64,000 bases of DNA. Origin: Spirochaetota bacterium (lineage in GTDB: Bacteria > Spirochaetota > UBA4802 > UBA5550). The stretch spans positions 15,610-79,609 of the forward strand of contig JAKQPV010000048.1 in the NCBI GenBank assembly GCA_029564515.1, given 5' to 3'. Made by a program: the position numbers and the translations under genes. Below are positions 28,082-35,793 of the stretch, one piece after another; position 1 is the first letter of the stretch; every line of letters begins with the position of its first letter. The notes under the pieces are model-generated. The model ran no database searches. It was given only the letters and a program-made list of their open reading frames with translations, and was not told where the DNA came from.

Positions 28082-28582
28082 ATGGCTAACGATTTTGAAA
28101 TAAAGCGCCAGGCCATCAGGGATGAGCTGGAGAAGCTGAACTATGAGTTCAAGGTGGAGATCCCGAAGCGGATCGCGGAGGCGCGCACCTACGGCGACCT
28201 GAAGGAAAACGCGGAATATCATGCTGCACGGGAGCGCCAGGGCTTTGTCCAGGCCCGGATCTCGCAGCTCAACGGGCAGCTTGGCCAGCTGAACAATCTG
28301 AATATTGGCGAGATCGCCGATGAGTGCATTGGATTCGGCGCGGCCGTTACCGTAATAGACCTGGATTCCGACGACAGGATCGAGTTCGTGTTCGTGTCGC
28401 CCAACGAGGTCGATCCATCGGCCGGGAAGATTTCCCTCTCTTCACCGATAGGAAACGCGCTTCAGAACAAAAAGGCGGGGGAAACGGCAGAGGCGGTCAT
28501 CCCTGCCGGCAAGAGACGGTATTATATAGAGAAGATCGTTACCATACACGGGAACACATTTGAGAAGAAGTACAGTGGATAG
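28082..28582 (+). CDS. greA: transcription elongation factor GreA
   Basis: 166 aa. Coiled-coil N-terminus with 'YGDLKENAEYHAARERQ' and a C-terminal FKBP-like domain. Confidence 0.93.
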   Translation: MANDFEIKRQAIRDELEKLNYEFKVEIPKRIAEARTYGDLKENAEYHAARERQGFVQARISQLNGQLGQLNNLNIGEIADECIGFGAAVTVIDLDSDDRIEFVFVSPNEVDPSAGKISLSSPIGNALQNKKAGETAEAVIPAGKRRYYIEKIVTIHGNTFEKKYSG

Positions 28583-28629
28583 TTAACAGTTAAAAGTGAA
28601 TAGTGAATAGTGAATAGTGAATAGTTAAG
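28574..28629 (+). repeat. phased heptad tandem array (8 x AGTNNAN, including 4 perfect AGTGAAT)
   Basis: AGTGGAT AGTTAAC AGTTAAA AGTGAAT AGTGAAT AGTGAAT AGTGAAT AGTTAAG. It begins inside the last two greA codons. Confidence 0.9.
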
Positions 28630-28633
28630 GAAT

Positions 28634-28657
28634 AAAACCGCTCCGAAGGAGCGGTTT
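28634..28657 (+). terminator. intrinsic terminator for greA
   Basis: AAAACCGCTCC gaag GGAGCGGTTTT followed by GTATTTT. Confidence 0.75.
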
Positions 28658-28696
28658 TGTATTTTAATTGCTATAACATTCTCATGATACATACAT

Positions 28697-28726
28697 AAAA
28701 AAATCCGCTCTGAGAGCGGATTTTTT
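28697..28726. terminator. bidirectional intrinsic terminator (serves the minus-strand tRNA-Ala)
   Basis: A7-TCCGCTC tgag AGCGGA-T6. Confidence 0.75.
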
Positions 28727-28735
28727 ACAATAATT

Positions 28736-28763
28736 ATTCACTATACATTATTAACTATTCACT
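28736..28763 (-). repeat. phased heptad array, inverted relative to 28574-28629
   Basis: ATTCACT ATACATT ATTAACT ATTCACT, which is the reverse complement of AGTGAAT AGTTAAT AATGTAT AGTGAAT. It ends 10 nt from the tRNA 3' end. Confidence 0.85.
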
Positions 28764-28773
28764 GCCTTAACTG

Positions 28774-28846
<73 letters not shown>

Positions 28847-28860
28847 GGTTCGGAAATTTT

Positions 28861-28889
28861 CAGATATTTGAAGGGTCGTTTTTTGTCAA
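28861..28889 (-). promoter_or_regulatory. sigma70-like promoter for tRNA-Ala
   Basis: On the minus strand: TTGACA, 17 nt, TATCTG. The -10 box ends 14 nt upstream of the tRNA 5' end. Confidence 0.5.
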
Positions 28890-29056
28890 TATTATTTTTA
28901 AAACCAGATAAATAATGTTGCCGGTGCCGCGGGGCTTCCGGGATCTTAAAAATTACACTCCTGCGACAAACCGCGAGTATACTTTACGTGCCGATAATCC
29001 GATAATATAATGAGGTTTTCCGTGCCGGTTCCGGCCGGGTGCCGGAAAATACAATC

Positions 29057-29085
29057 TTGACAGAAATGGCGTTCCGTACTATCAT
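29057..29085 (+). promoter_or_regulatory. sigma70-like promoter at the head of the 29.1-38.3 kb cluster
   Basis: TTGACA (29057), 17 nt, TATCAT (29080). The ATG lies at 29119. Confidence 0.5.
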
Positions 29086-29118
29086 TTGCATAACGCCACC
29101 TGAAGGTATGATGGTTCG

Positions 29119-30471
29119 ATGATATTCACCTATGTAATCGTCTTCCTGTTCGTTATCATGCTTGCGATGATCGTTGTCTATACGCTCCAGACCTTCGTTC
29201 TCCCCAGACGGATCGATGAGATCGCCCAGATGATCGAAGCGGGCCAGATCAAGCAGGCAATCAAGAAGCTGACCGACATACTTGAAAAGGATGACCGGAA
29301 CAGCTATGCGCACTTTCTCCTCGCCGATGCCTATGCGCGGGACAACAACATCAAGTTCGCCATCGTGGAATACCGGCAGGTCCTGAAATACGGCAAGTAC
29401 AGCGAGAAGGTCGTTGAGGTGGATGTCCGTTCACGACTCGCAAAGCTCTACCAGGAGCAGGGCTCCTTCGACGATGCCAAGAATGAGTACCTGATCCTGA
29501 CCAAGCTGGAGCCCGACAATTTCCAGAACTTCTTTGAGCTTGGCTCCATCTATTTCAGGACGAACACGCTTGACCGCGCGCTCACATTTTTAAAGAAGAG
29601 CGCTGCCCTCAACCCGCGCCACGAGCAGTCGCATTACTACCTCGGGCAGATATACTACCAGACCAATCTCTACCCGGACGCGAAGCAGTGCTTCATCGAG
29701 TCGATCAAGATCGACCCGCTCAATTACCGGTCCCACTACTTCCTGGGCCTGGTGCTCCGCCAGATGCAGGACTACGAGTGGGCGATCAAGGAGTTCGACA
29801 TCGCGCAGAAGAGCGAGGACCTCAAGGTGAAGTGCTTCCTCGCCAAGGGGTCGTGCCACATGCAGAAGGGGATGCTCCCCAAGGCCATGATGGAGTTCGA
29901 GCGCGGCCTGAAGTTCGCCCGCAAGGGGAGCGACACCGAGCTGGGCCTCCGCTACTACCTGGCGGAGTGTCACGAGAAGACCCGGGACCTCCACTCTGCC
30001 ATCCACCAGTGGGAAAAGATCATCGAGGTGAAGCCCAATTTCCGCGACGTCCAGGCCAAGCTCAAGAACTATGCCGAGTTCCGGCAGGACGACCGGATGA
30101 AGGACTTCCTGATTTCGGGCCTGTCACAGTTCGAACACACCTGCCGCAAGATCGTGGAAGCGATGAACTTCAACATCACCGACATCAACATCATCAGCGA
30201 CACGGAGATCGAGATCATCGGGACCGAGAGCGAGGGAAAGTGGCGCAACACCCGCCAGACGAACCGGCTGATCCGCATCTTCCGCGACACGGAAACCATA
30301 CAGGATAAAACGCTCCGGAATCTCCACGAGAGCATGAAGGCTAAAAACGTGACGCGGATCATCGTCATAAGCACGGGCGACTTCTCGCAGAGCGCGATCG
30401 ATTTTGCAAACACCCGGCCCATTGAGTTGTACGGCAAGAACGAGCTGGTCGGCATGCTGAGAAAGTTCTGA
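29119..30471 (+). CDS. membrane-anchored TPR protein with a degenerate Mrr_cat-like (PD-(D/E)xK fold) C-terminal domain (paralog A)
   Basis: 450 aa. N-terminal TM helix and several TPR-like repeats. C-terminal 'FEHTCRKIVEAMNF...DTEIEIIG...LIRIFRD...IIVISTGDFSQSAIDFA...IELYGKNEL' aligns by eye to the Mrr restriction-endonuclease catalytic domain but lacks the (E/Q)xK lysine. Confidence 0.65.
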   Translation: MIFTYVIVFLFVIMLAMIVVYTLQTFVLPRRIDEIAQMIEAGQIKQAIKKLTDILEKDDRNSYAHFLLADAYARDNNIKFAIVEYRQVLKYGKYSEKVVEVDVRSRLAKLYQEQGSFDDAKNEYLILTKLEPDNFQNFFELGSIYFRTNTLDRALTFLKKSAALNPRHEQSHYYLGQIYYQTNLYPDAKQCFIESIKIDPLNYRSHYFLGLVLRQMQDYEWAIKEFDIAQKSEDLKVKCFLAKGSCHMQKGMLPKAMMEFERGLKFARKGSDTELGLRYYLAECHEKTRDLHSAIHQWEKIIEVKPNFRDVQAKLKNYAEFRQDDRMKDFLISGLSQFEHTCRKIVEAMNFNITDINIISDTEIEIIGTESEGKWRNTRQTNRLIRIFRDTETIQDKTLRNLHESMKAKNVTRIIVISTGDFSQSAIDFANTRPIELYGKNELVGMLRKF

Positions 30472-30484
30472 GCGACCCCGCACC

Positions 30485-32314
30485 ATGGACGTCATCGGCA
30501 CCATCCTTCCGCGCATCCCGCTTTTCAGGCACTGCCTGGAGGATGAGCTGCGCCGGCTCCGCGCGATCGGGAAACTGGCCGAAGTGAAGAAGGGCCACCG
30601 GTTCGACCTGAAGAAGATCAATTCCCTCAATGTCGTCGTCAACGGGATCTTCGAGATAGAGTCGACCGGCAACACGGACGTCGTGTACCTGGCGCCGGGC
30701 TCGTTTTTCGGCACGATCCCCTTCACCGAGAACCGCCAGGCGGGAAGGATCCGCGCCCTGGTGGACTCCTCGATCCTGATGTTCGCCGCGGAGGACATGT
30801 TCCGATTTTTGCTCATGTCATACCGGTGCCTCCGGGGCTACCTGAAGATCATCGACAGGATGGGCTTTGACGTTTCCGACGTGGGGAAAGAGTATTTTGG
30901 CGGTACTACCAGGATCATAACCGCGTACAGCAGCCTGCCCGGAGCGGGCAAATCGCTCCTTGCTTCCCTGATGGGCGTCTCGCTGAAGGGCGCGGGAAAA
31001 ACGGTCATCCTCGACCTGTCATACGCGGGGAACAGCGTGTTCAATTTTTTCGAGAAGAAAATCACCGCCCCCCTGTCGCACCGGGCGGAAGACGGCCCTT
31101 CCTTCGAGGAGATCATCCGCGGGCGGATCGAGCCGGTGGATGAGGGCCTTGACCTTGTCAACGTCGCGTTCGGCTCTAAGGTAAAGGTCAATCCCGATAT
31201 CCTGTCGCCGCTCCTGTTCATGCTGTCGAAGGAATACCGTTTCATCGTGATCGACTGCGGCGACGATGACCCGGGCCTCAGGGACCGCGTCATTGGCCTG
31301 TCCGACCGTGTCTTCACGCTCGTGAAGAACAGGAAGGACATACGCTCACTGCACGAGGTGTTCGACAGATCGGCCCGTGAGGGCCAGCGCGTCTATTACG
31401 TACTGAATGAATACCACGCCGGCGACATCAGGGATTTTCCCGGCGGACTGACGCTCCCGAAATTCGACCCGCCGTCATCCGGCGAGTACGAGCGTCTGCG
31501 GCGCTGTGCCGGCGGGGACGCTCTCGCGCCTCTGGTCTCGCTCGTGACGAAGAAGAACCGGGCACTGGTTCTTGAAACGGGCCTGCTCAACGCGCTCTAT
31601 TTCAGCGGCCTGTTCGGAGCGATGCAGGGCTCCGGAACGACCTTTGACCTCCTGTACGCATCTTCCTACGCCTATATCGTCGCCGCGCTCTCCCTGGTGA
31701 GCGGAAGCGGCGGCGAGTTCAGGAAGCGGATGGACCACTTTTTCTCCGAGGACCGGATGAGCAGGCTGCTGGACGTCACCTTCCCGACGGACCACGTGTT
31801 CAAGAACGACAGCGTTGTGAAGCTTGCGGGCGAAATGTGCGGCAGTGCGCGGATCGAGACCTTCCGCGAGCTTCCGGTGGCCATGCTGGGCCAGGGCGGA
31901 ACGTCCGGCCGGCGCATATTCAGCACCGGTTATCTCCGCGATATGCTTGCCGCCGCGTTCTGCCTCTACCCCGTGTTCGAGGAGGTCCCGATACTGGAAG
32001 AGCGCTACAACGCGGGCTATCCGGGTTTCAGCGTGCGCGTGGAGGACCTGTTCCGCATTGATGTCGACGAGACAATTTATATTTCGGTCCGGAACGCAAT
32101 GAAGCCCGCCTACCGCGACGGCAAGCTGATGAGCTTCTACACCCGCTACCTCGATTTTATCGGGGAGCAGGCCACGGACAGCGCGCCGGGCGATTGTGCG
32201 GACGAAACAATTGTGCTTGAAGTCTCTGAAAAAGACGTGCGTCCCGGATGGATCATTGAACACTCGCGGGAAATCTCGGACAAACTCGTGAAAAAAATCT
32301 CCCGGAAGTCATAA
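30485..32314 (+). CDS. cNMP-binding domain / ParA-MinD-superfamily P-loop / degenerate patatin-like domain fusion protein
   Basis: 609 aa. N-terminal CAP-type cNMP-binding pattern ('GSFFGTIPFTENRQAGRIRALVDSSILMF'). Central P-loop 'ITAYSSLPGAGKSLLAS...TVILDL...FIVIDCGDD'. The C-terminus aligns by eye to patatin blocks with altered catalytic positions. Confidence 0.65.
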   Translation: MDVIGTILPRIPLFRHCLEDELRRLRAIGKLAEVKKGHRFDLKKINSLNVVVNGIFEIESTGNTDVVYLAPGSFFGTIPFTENRQAGRIRALVDSSILMFAAEDMFRFLLMSYRCLRGYLKIIDRMGFDVSDVGKEYFGGTTRIITAYSSLPGAGKSLLASLMGVSLKGAGKTVILDLSYAGNSVFNFFEKKITAPLSHRAEDGPSFEEIIRGRIEPVDEGLDLVNVAFGSKVKVNPDILSPLLFMLSKEYRFIVIDCGDDDPGLRDRVIGLSDRVFTLVKNRKDIRSLHEVFDRSAREGQRVYYVLNEYHAGDIRDFPGGLTLPKFDPPSSGEYERLRRCAGGDALAPLVSLVTKKNRALVLETGLLNALYFSGLFGAMQGSGTTFDLLYASSYAYIVAALSLVSGSGGEFRKRMDHFFSEDRMSRLLDVTFPTDHVFKNDSVVKLAGEMCGSARIETFRELPVAMLGQGGTSGRRIFSTGYLRDMLAAAFCLYPVFEEVPILEERYNAGYPGFSVRVEDLFRIDVDETIYISVRNAMKPAYRDGKLMSFYTRYLDFIGEQATDSAPGDCADETIVLEVSEKDVRPGWIIEHSREISDKLVKKISRKS

Positions 32315-32463
32315 TTTTACCGCACGCGCCAAATTCTTATTGATTAATTAACGGATTTGATAAGTTGTATCCAGACCGGTCGGCGGTGCCGCATATGGAC
32401 CTGCGCCATGGTTGATCGGCTGCAGGGTATTGTAAAAACCTTCAATGACCAGGGGTTGGGCGA

Positions 32464-33048
32464 ATGAGATCAAGAAAGACGAACCTGTTGCAGGGCGTGG
32501 TGCTCCTGACCGGCGTGCTCTTTATCGTCATGGGGCTTTTTTTCTATATCTCTCCGTTCCGCGTATTCAAGATGCTGTCACCGGGCGCCGAGGCCCGCAG
32601 TGCGGCCGTGGTCCAGAACCCGGGTGAGACGGTATCGGGGACGCTTGATGAAGGCGAGGAGCTCACCCAGGACAACTGGCTCAAGCAGATCATCAACGAC
32701 GACATCATCTCGCCGCTCTATTACGTGTTTCGCGCCCTGGCGGTTTTGCTGATCGTAAGCGGTGTGGCCATGATCATGCCCCTGTTCGACCCGCTTCGTT
32801 ACCGGGGGCTTGTGTATTATAACGGGCTGATTTTTCCCTTCTTTTTTTCGATTTCGATGTTCATTTTCATGCGCATACAGAAATCGATAAATACCGGGAT
32901 TGCGGCGGATACCGGCAAGGAGGCCATCGCATCAATGGAAGCGCATCCTGCCATGGTCGTGCTGGCCTCCGTTTTTCTCGTGATAGCGGTCCTGAACGCG
33001 GCAAGCCTGATCATCACGAGGGACCAGGCCAGGGCAGGAAGGGAATAA
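32464..33048 (+). CDS. 4-TM membrane protein, unknown function
   Basis: 194 aa. Four hydrophobic helices and an acidic loop. No known motif. Confidence 0.6.
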   Translation: MRSRKTNLLQGVVLLTGVLFIVMGLFFYISPFRVFKMLSPGAEARSAAVVQNPGETVSGTLDEGEELTQDNWLKQIINDDIISPLYYVFRALAVLLIVSGVAMIMPLFDPLRYRGLVYYNGLIFPFFFSISMFIFMRIQKSINTGIAADTGKEAIASMEAHPAMVVLASVFLVIAVLNAASLIITRDQARAGRE

Positions 33049-33193
33049 TCACCAGCTGCTGCGCCCGATAAATATTGCAGCTCATTTAAATTTTTTAATT
33101 GATTAATATTTCACGAATATATAAAGTTGTTGAAAAGCTTTACAGCGGCTGATTCCTGAGATTTAATTGATAACGGAGTGACTGGAGAAACCT

Positions 33194-33532
33194 ATGAATC
33201 TGAATATTAAAAGGGTCAATAACGTCGTAGTTGTTTACCTTTCCGGACGGCTGGACGTGCATCTTTCCGCCGAGATAGAAAAAGAAATCAACAAGATCAT
33301 TCAGAATGAGCCCAACACGCATCTCCTCATGAACCTGAACGACGTGGAGTACATGAGCAGCTCGGGTCTGAGGATTTTCGTTTCCACCATGAGGATCCTG
33401 AAAGAGCAGAAGAGGCTCCTGAAGCTCTGCAACATGAACAACGCCGTCAAGAAGATCTTTGAAGTCGTTGAGTTGATGGATATGTTCGATATATACGAGT
33501 CCGAGGATGAAGCGCTGAAATCTTTCAAGTGA
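33194..33532 (+). CDS. STAS-domain protein (anti-sigma-factor antagonist / SpoIIAA-like)
   Basis: 112 aa. 'LSGRLDVHLSAEIEKEI...', with the conserved phospho-Ser context 'VEYMSSSGLRIF'. Confidence 0.8.
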   Translation: MNLNIKRVNNVVVVYLSGRLDVHLSAEIEKEINKIIQNEPNTHLLMNLNDVEYMSSSGLRIFVSTMRILKEQKRLLKLCNMNNAVKKIFEVVELMDMFDIYESEDEALKSFK

Positions 33533-33539
33533 TCATCGC

Positions 33540-35747
33540 GTGATCCAGTGGTCGCCATTGAGCATATTTCGCAATATAAAAAAAGCTGAAAAGAATTCTG
33601 TTGATTTCGCCGGCGCCTGCAAAGTAACAATAGATAAAGAAAAGTACCGCTTCTCCGAAGGCCTGTACCGCGCCGGTATCAATAACTATTCCCTCTTCCA
33701 GAAATTCTCCGGATTCAGGTGGCCTGCCTGGATAAACGCCGTGACGGACACGCGGCGCGGCGCTGCATCGTTCGTGCCCCTCGTGCTTGTAAACGCCGCC
33801 GCGCGTGACAACCTCTATTTCACGAACCTGCTCTCGGATGAAGGACTCTCCGTAGACCCGGCCGGCATGCTGTCGCCGTCGTATGCGCACTGGTCGATCG
33901 AAGTGTGGTTCGTCGCCGGTAACACGGTGCACCGCCCCGCGGACGACTGGGGCAGGGTCCGGATCGACCGGGACGTGAAAAATTCCGTTATAACCACGGT
34001 GTGGGACAGCCCCCTGTTAAAGCTCCAGCAGACCGTATTCGGCGCACGGAGCGAGGTTGACGAGGCCGTCGTGGAGGTTGAGTGCGTCCTCAAGGAGCGG
34101 AAAAACTCATCCCTGTTGGTGGCGGTGCGGCCCTATAACCAGTTGCACCTGGGTGGCCTCGATTCCGTCGAGTTCCACGCGGACTCGCTCGCCCTGACCG
34201 TAAACGGGAAGAAAACGGTCTGCATGGGCGCGCGGCCCGACTACGTGATCTCGGGCGGCGGCGACCGCTGCCGTGATATCGACCCGCGCGATGACGGCAA
34301 GCAGTTCAAGAGCGCGTCGAAGCACGGCATGGCCGCCCTCGGCCTCGGCTATTCGCTGAAGAAGGGCGAGAACAGGGTGCGGTTCCGTATCGCGCTCGAT
34401 CCGCGCGGCGGCATGGCCGGGGGCAAGTTTGATTACAATGCGGTCCGGGAGGACTATACGTCCTTTTCGGGCATGAGGATAAAGAACGGCGCCAACGCCG
34501 CGTTTCCCGACAAGCTGCTGCAGAACTGGTTCTACGGATCAAAGGTTTCCCTCCTCAACTTTTCGCTGAAGAAACTCCGCCGCGAGGACGGGACACTCGA
34601 TTACCGTGCGGCGTGGCAGATCGTGCTCGGGGCCGTCCGCATGGGGTACTTCCCCGAGTCGCTCAGCTATATTGATCATCTTATCAAGCATTTCGCCTGC
34701 GACGAGAAGCGCATCGGTTTCGACGATGCGATCAATATCTGCTTCGTGATTGAGTCCGCGGCGGACCATTTCATCCACGTCCGGGACAACGCGTTTCTCC
34801 AGGGCCGCTTCGACTTCATTCGGGCCAAGGCGCGCCTCCTGTACGATTACGCGCGGAAGCTAAAAAAGCCGGGCCTCCTCAACCGCAATTCGCTGCCCGA
34901 CTACTACATTGCCGAAGACCACCCGCACGACCTGATACTCATCGCGCACGCGCTCGGCCAGTACTCCTACCTGGCACGCTGCCTGGGCATATTCGGCGAC
35001 GAGCTGAAATTCAAGAAGGAGTCGGACCGCATCGCCGCCGGCGTTGTCAGGGCGGTGTTCGATCCTGACAGCGAGCGGCCAGAAAACGATTTCATCGTCG
35101 GCAGCGTGTCGGCCGGGTTCCCCTTCCGGCACGAGTCGTATACTGCCGTGCTGCTCGGCGGGCTGCTCGGCCGCGTGCGGGCGCGTTTCGGCGACATGCC
35201 GCTCTTCGTGAAATCGATCGGATGGGACCTGTTCTCGACCCTTGTCGCCGCGAACGCCATGATCATGCTGAAAGACCAGGCGGGCTACGACGTGGTCGAG
35301 GGCCTCCTGAAAATGAGGAGCAGGACCTTCTCCCTGCCGGAATATGTCAACCCTTCGACAGGGAGGGCCAACTGGGGGGACGGCTCTTCGATCGCGGTCA
35401 GCGCGATGGTCTTCGCGACCCTGCGCAACCTTCTCTTCGTGGACAACCCTGAGCGGCTCGAACTCTTCCCCCTGCCGCGGGAAAGCTGGTTCGCCCCGGG
35501 AAACGAGATCAGGATCGAGGACGCGCCGTCGCGGTTCGGGCTCATCTCCCTGCGCATGTCCTCCACCGTCAACGAGATACAGCTCCATTTCGAGAAGCTC
35601 CCGAAATTCGTGCCGCCGGACATCATGATAAACCTTCCCTATAAGACAAAAATCAAGCAGGAAGACGATTTTATCCTCAAACGCGAGGAGGATACCTCGT
35701 TTATCATTAATGGGTGGCCCTCCATCGTCCGATTCTTAAGGGTATAG
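33540..35747 (+). CDS. large hypothetical protein, possibly an (alpha/alpha)6-barrel glycoside-hydrolase-like fold
   Basis: 735 aa. GTG start 7 nt after the STAS stop. The C-terminal half has a helical-repeat pattern plus 'LPEYVNPSTGRANWGDGSSIA' and a terminal beta-rich segment, reminiscent of GH15/GH63/debranching-type barrels. The fold call is tentative. Confidence 0.35.
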   Translation: MIQWSPLSIFRNIKKAEKNSVDFAGACKVTIDKEKYRFSEGLYRAGINNYSLFQKFSGFRWPAWINAVTDTRRGAASFVPLVLVNAAARDNLYFTNLLSDEGLSVDPAGMLSPSYAHWSIEVWFVAGNTVHRPADDWGRVRIDRDVKNSVITTVWDSPLLKLQQTVFGARSEVDEAVVEVECVLKERKNSSLLVAVRPYNQLHLGGLDSVEFHADSLALTVNGKKTVCMGARPDYVISGGGDRCRDIDPRDDGKQFKSASKHGMAALGLGYSLKKGENRVRFRIALDPRGGMAGGKFDYNAVREDYTSFSGMRIKNGANAAFPDKLLQNWFYGSKVSLLNFSLKKLRREDGTLDYRAAWQIVLGAVRMGYFPESLSYIDHLIKHFACDEKRIGFDDAINICFVIESAADHFIHVRDNAFLQGRFDFIRAKARLLYDYARKLKKPGLLNRNSLPDYYIAEDHPHDLILIAHALGQYSYLARCLGIFGDELKFKKESDRIAAGVVRAVFDPDSERPENDFIVGSVSAGFPFRHESYTAVLLGGLLGRVRARFGDMPLFVKSIGWDLFSTLVAANAMIMLKDQAGYDVVEGLLKMRSRTFSLPEYVNPSTGRANWGDGSSIAVSAMVFATLRNLLFVDNPERLELFPLPRESWFAPGNEIRIEDAPSRFGLISLRMSSTVNEIQLHFEKLPKFVPPDIMINLPYKTKIKQEDDFILKREEDTSFIINGWPSIVRFLRV

Positions 35748-35793
35748 GGACCGGGGCCCGGGCGGCCCCGGCACCGAAACACAGGGTGATGAC

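Noticed and set aside
28574-28629. Possible CRISPR array or minisatellite-encoded peptide
   Set aside because: The repeat unit is only 7 nt with no spacers, there are no cas genes in the window, and the array is interrupted by stop codons in all frames.
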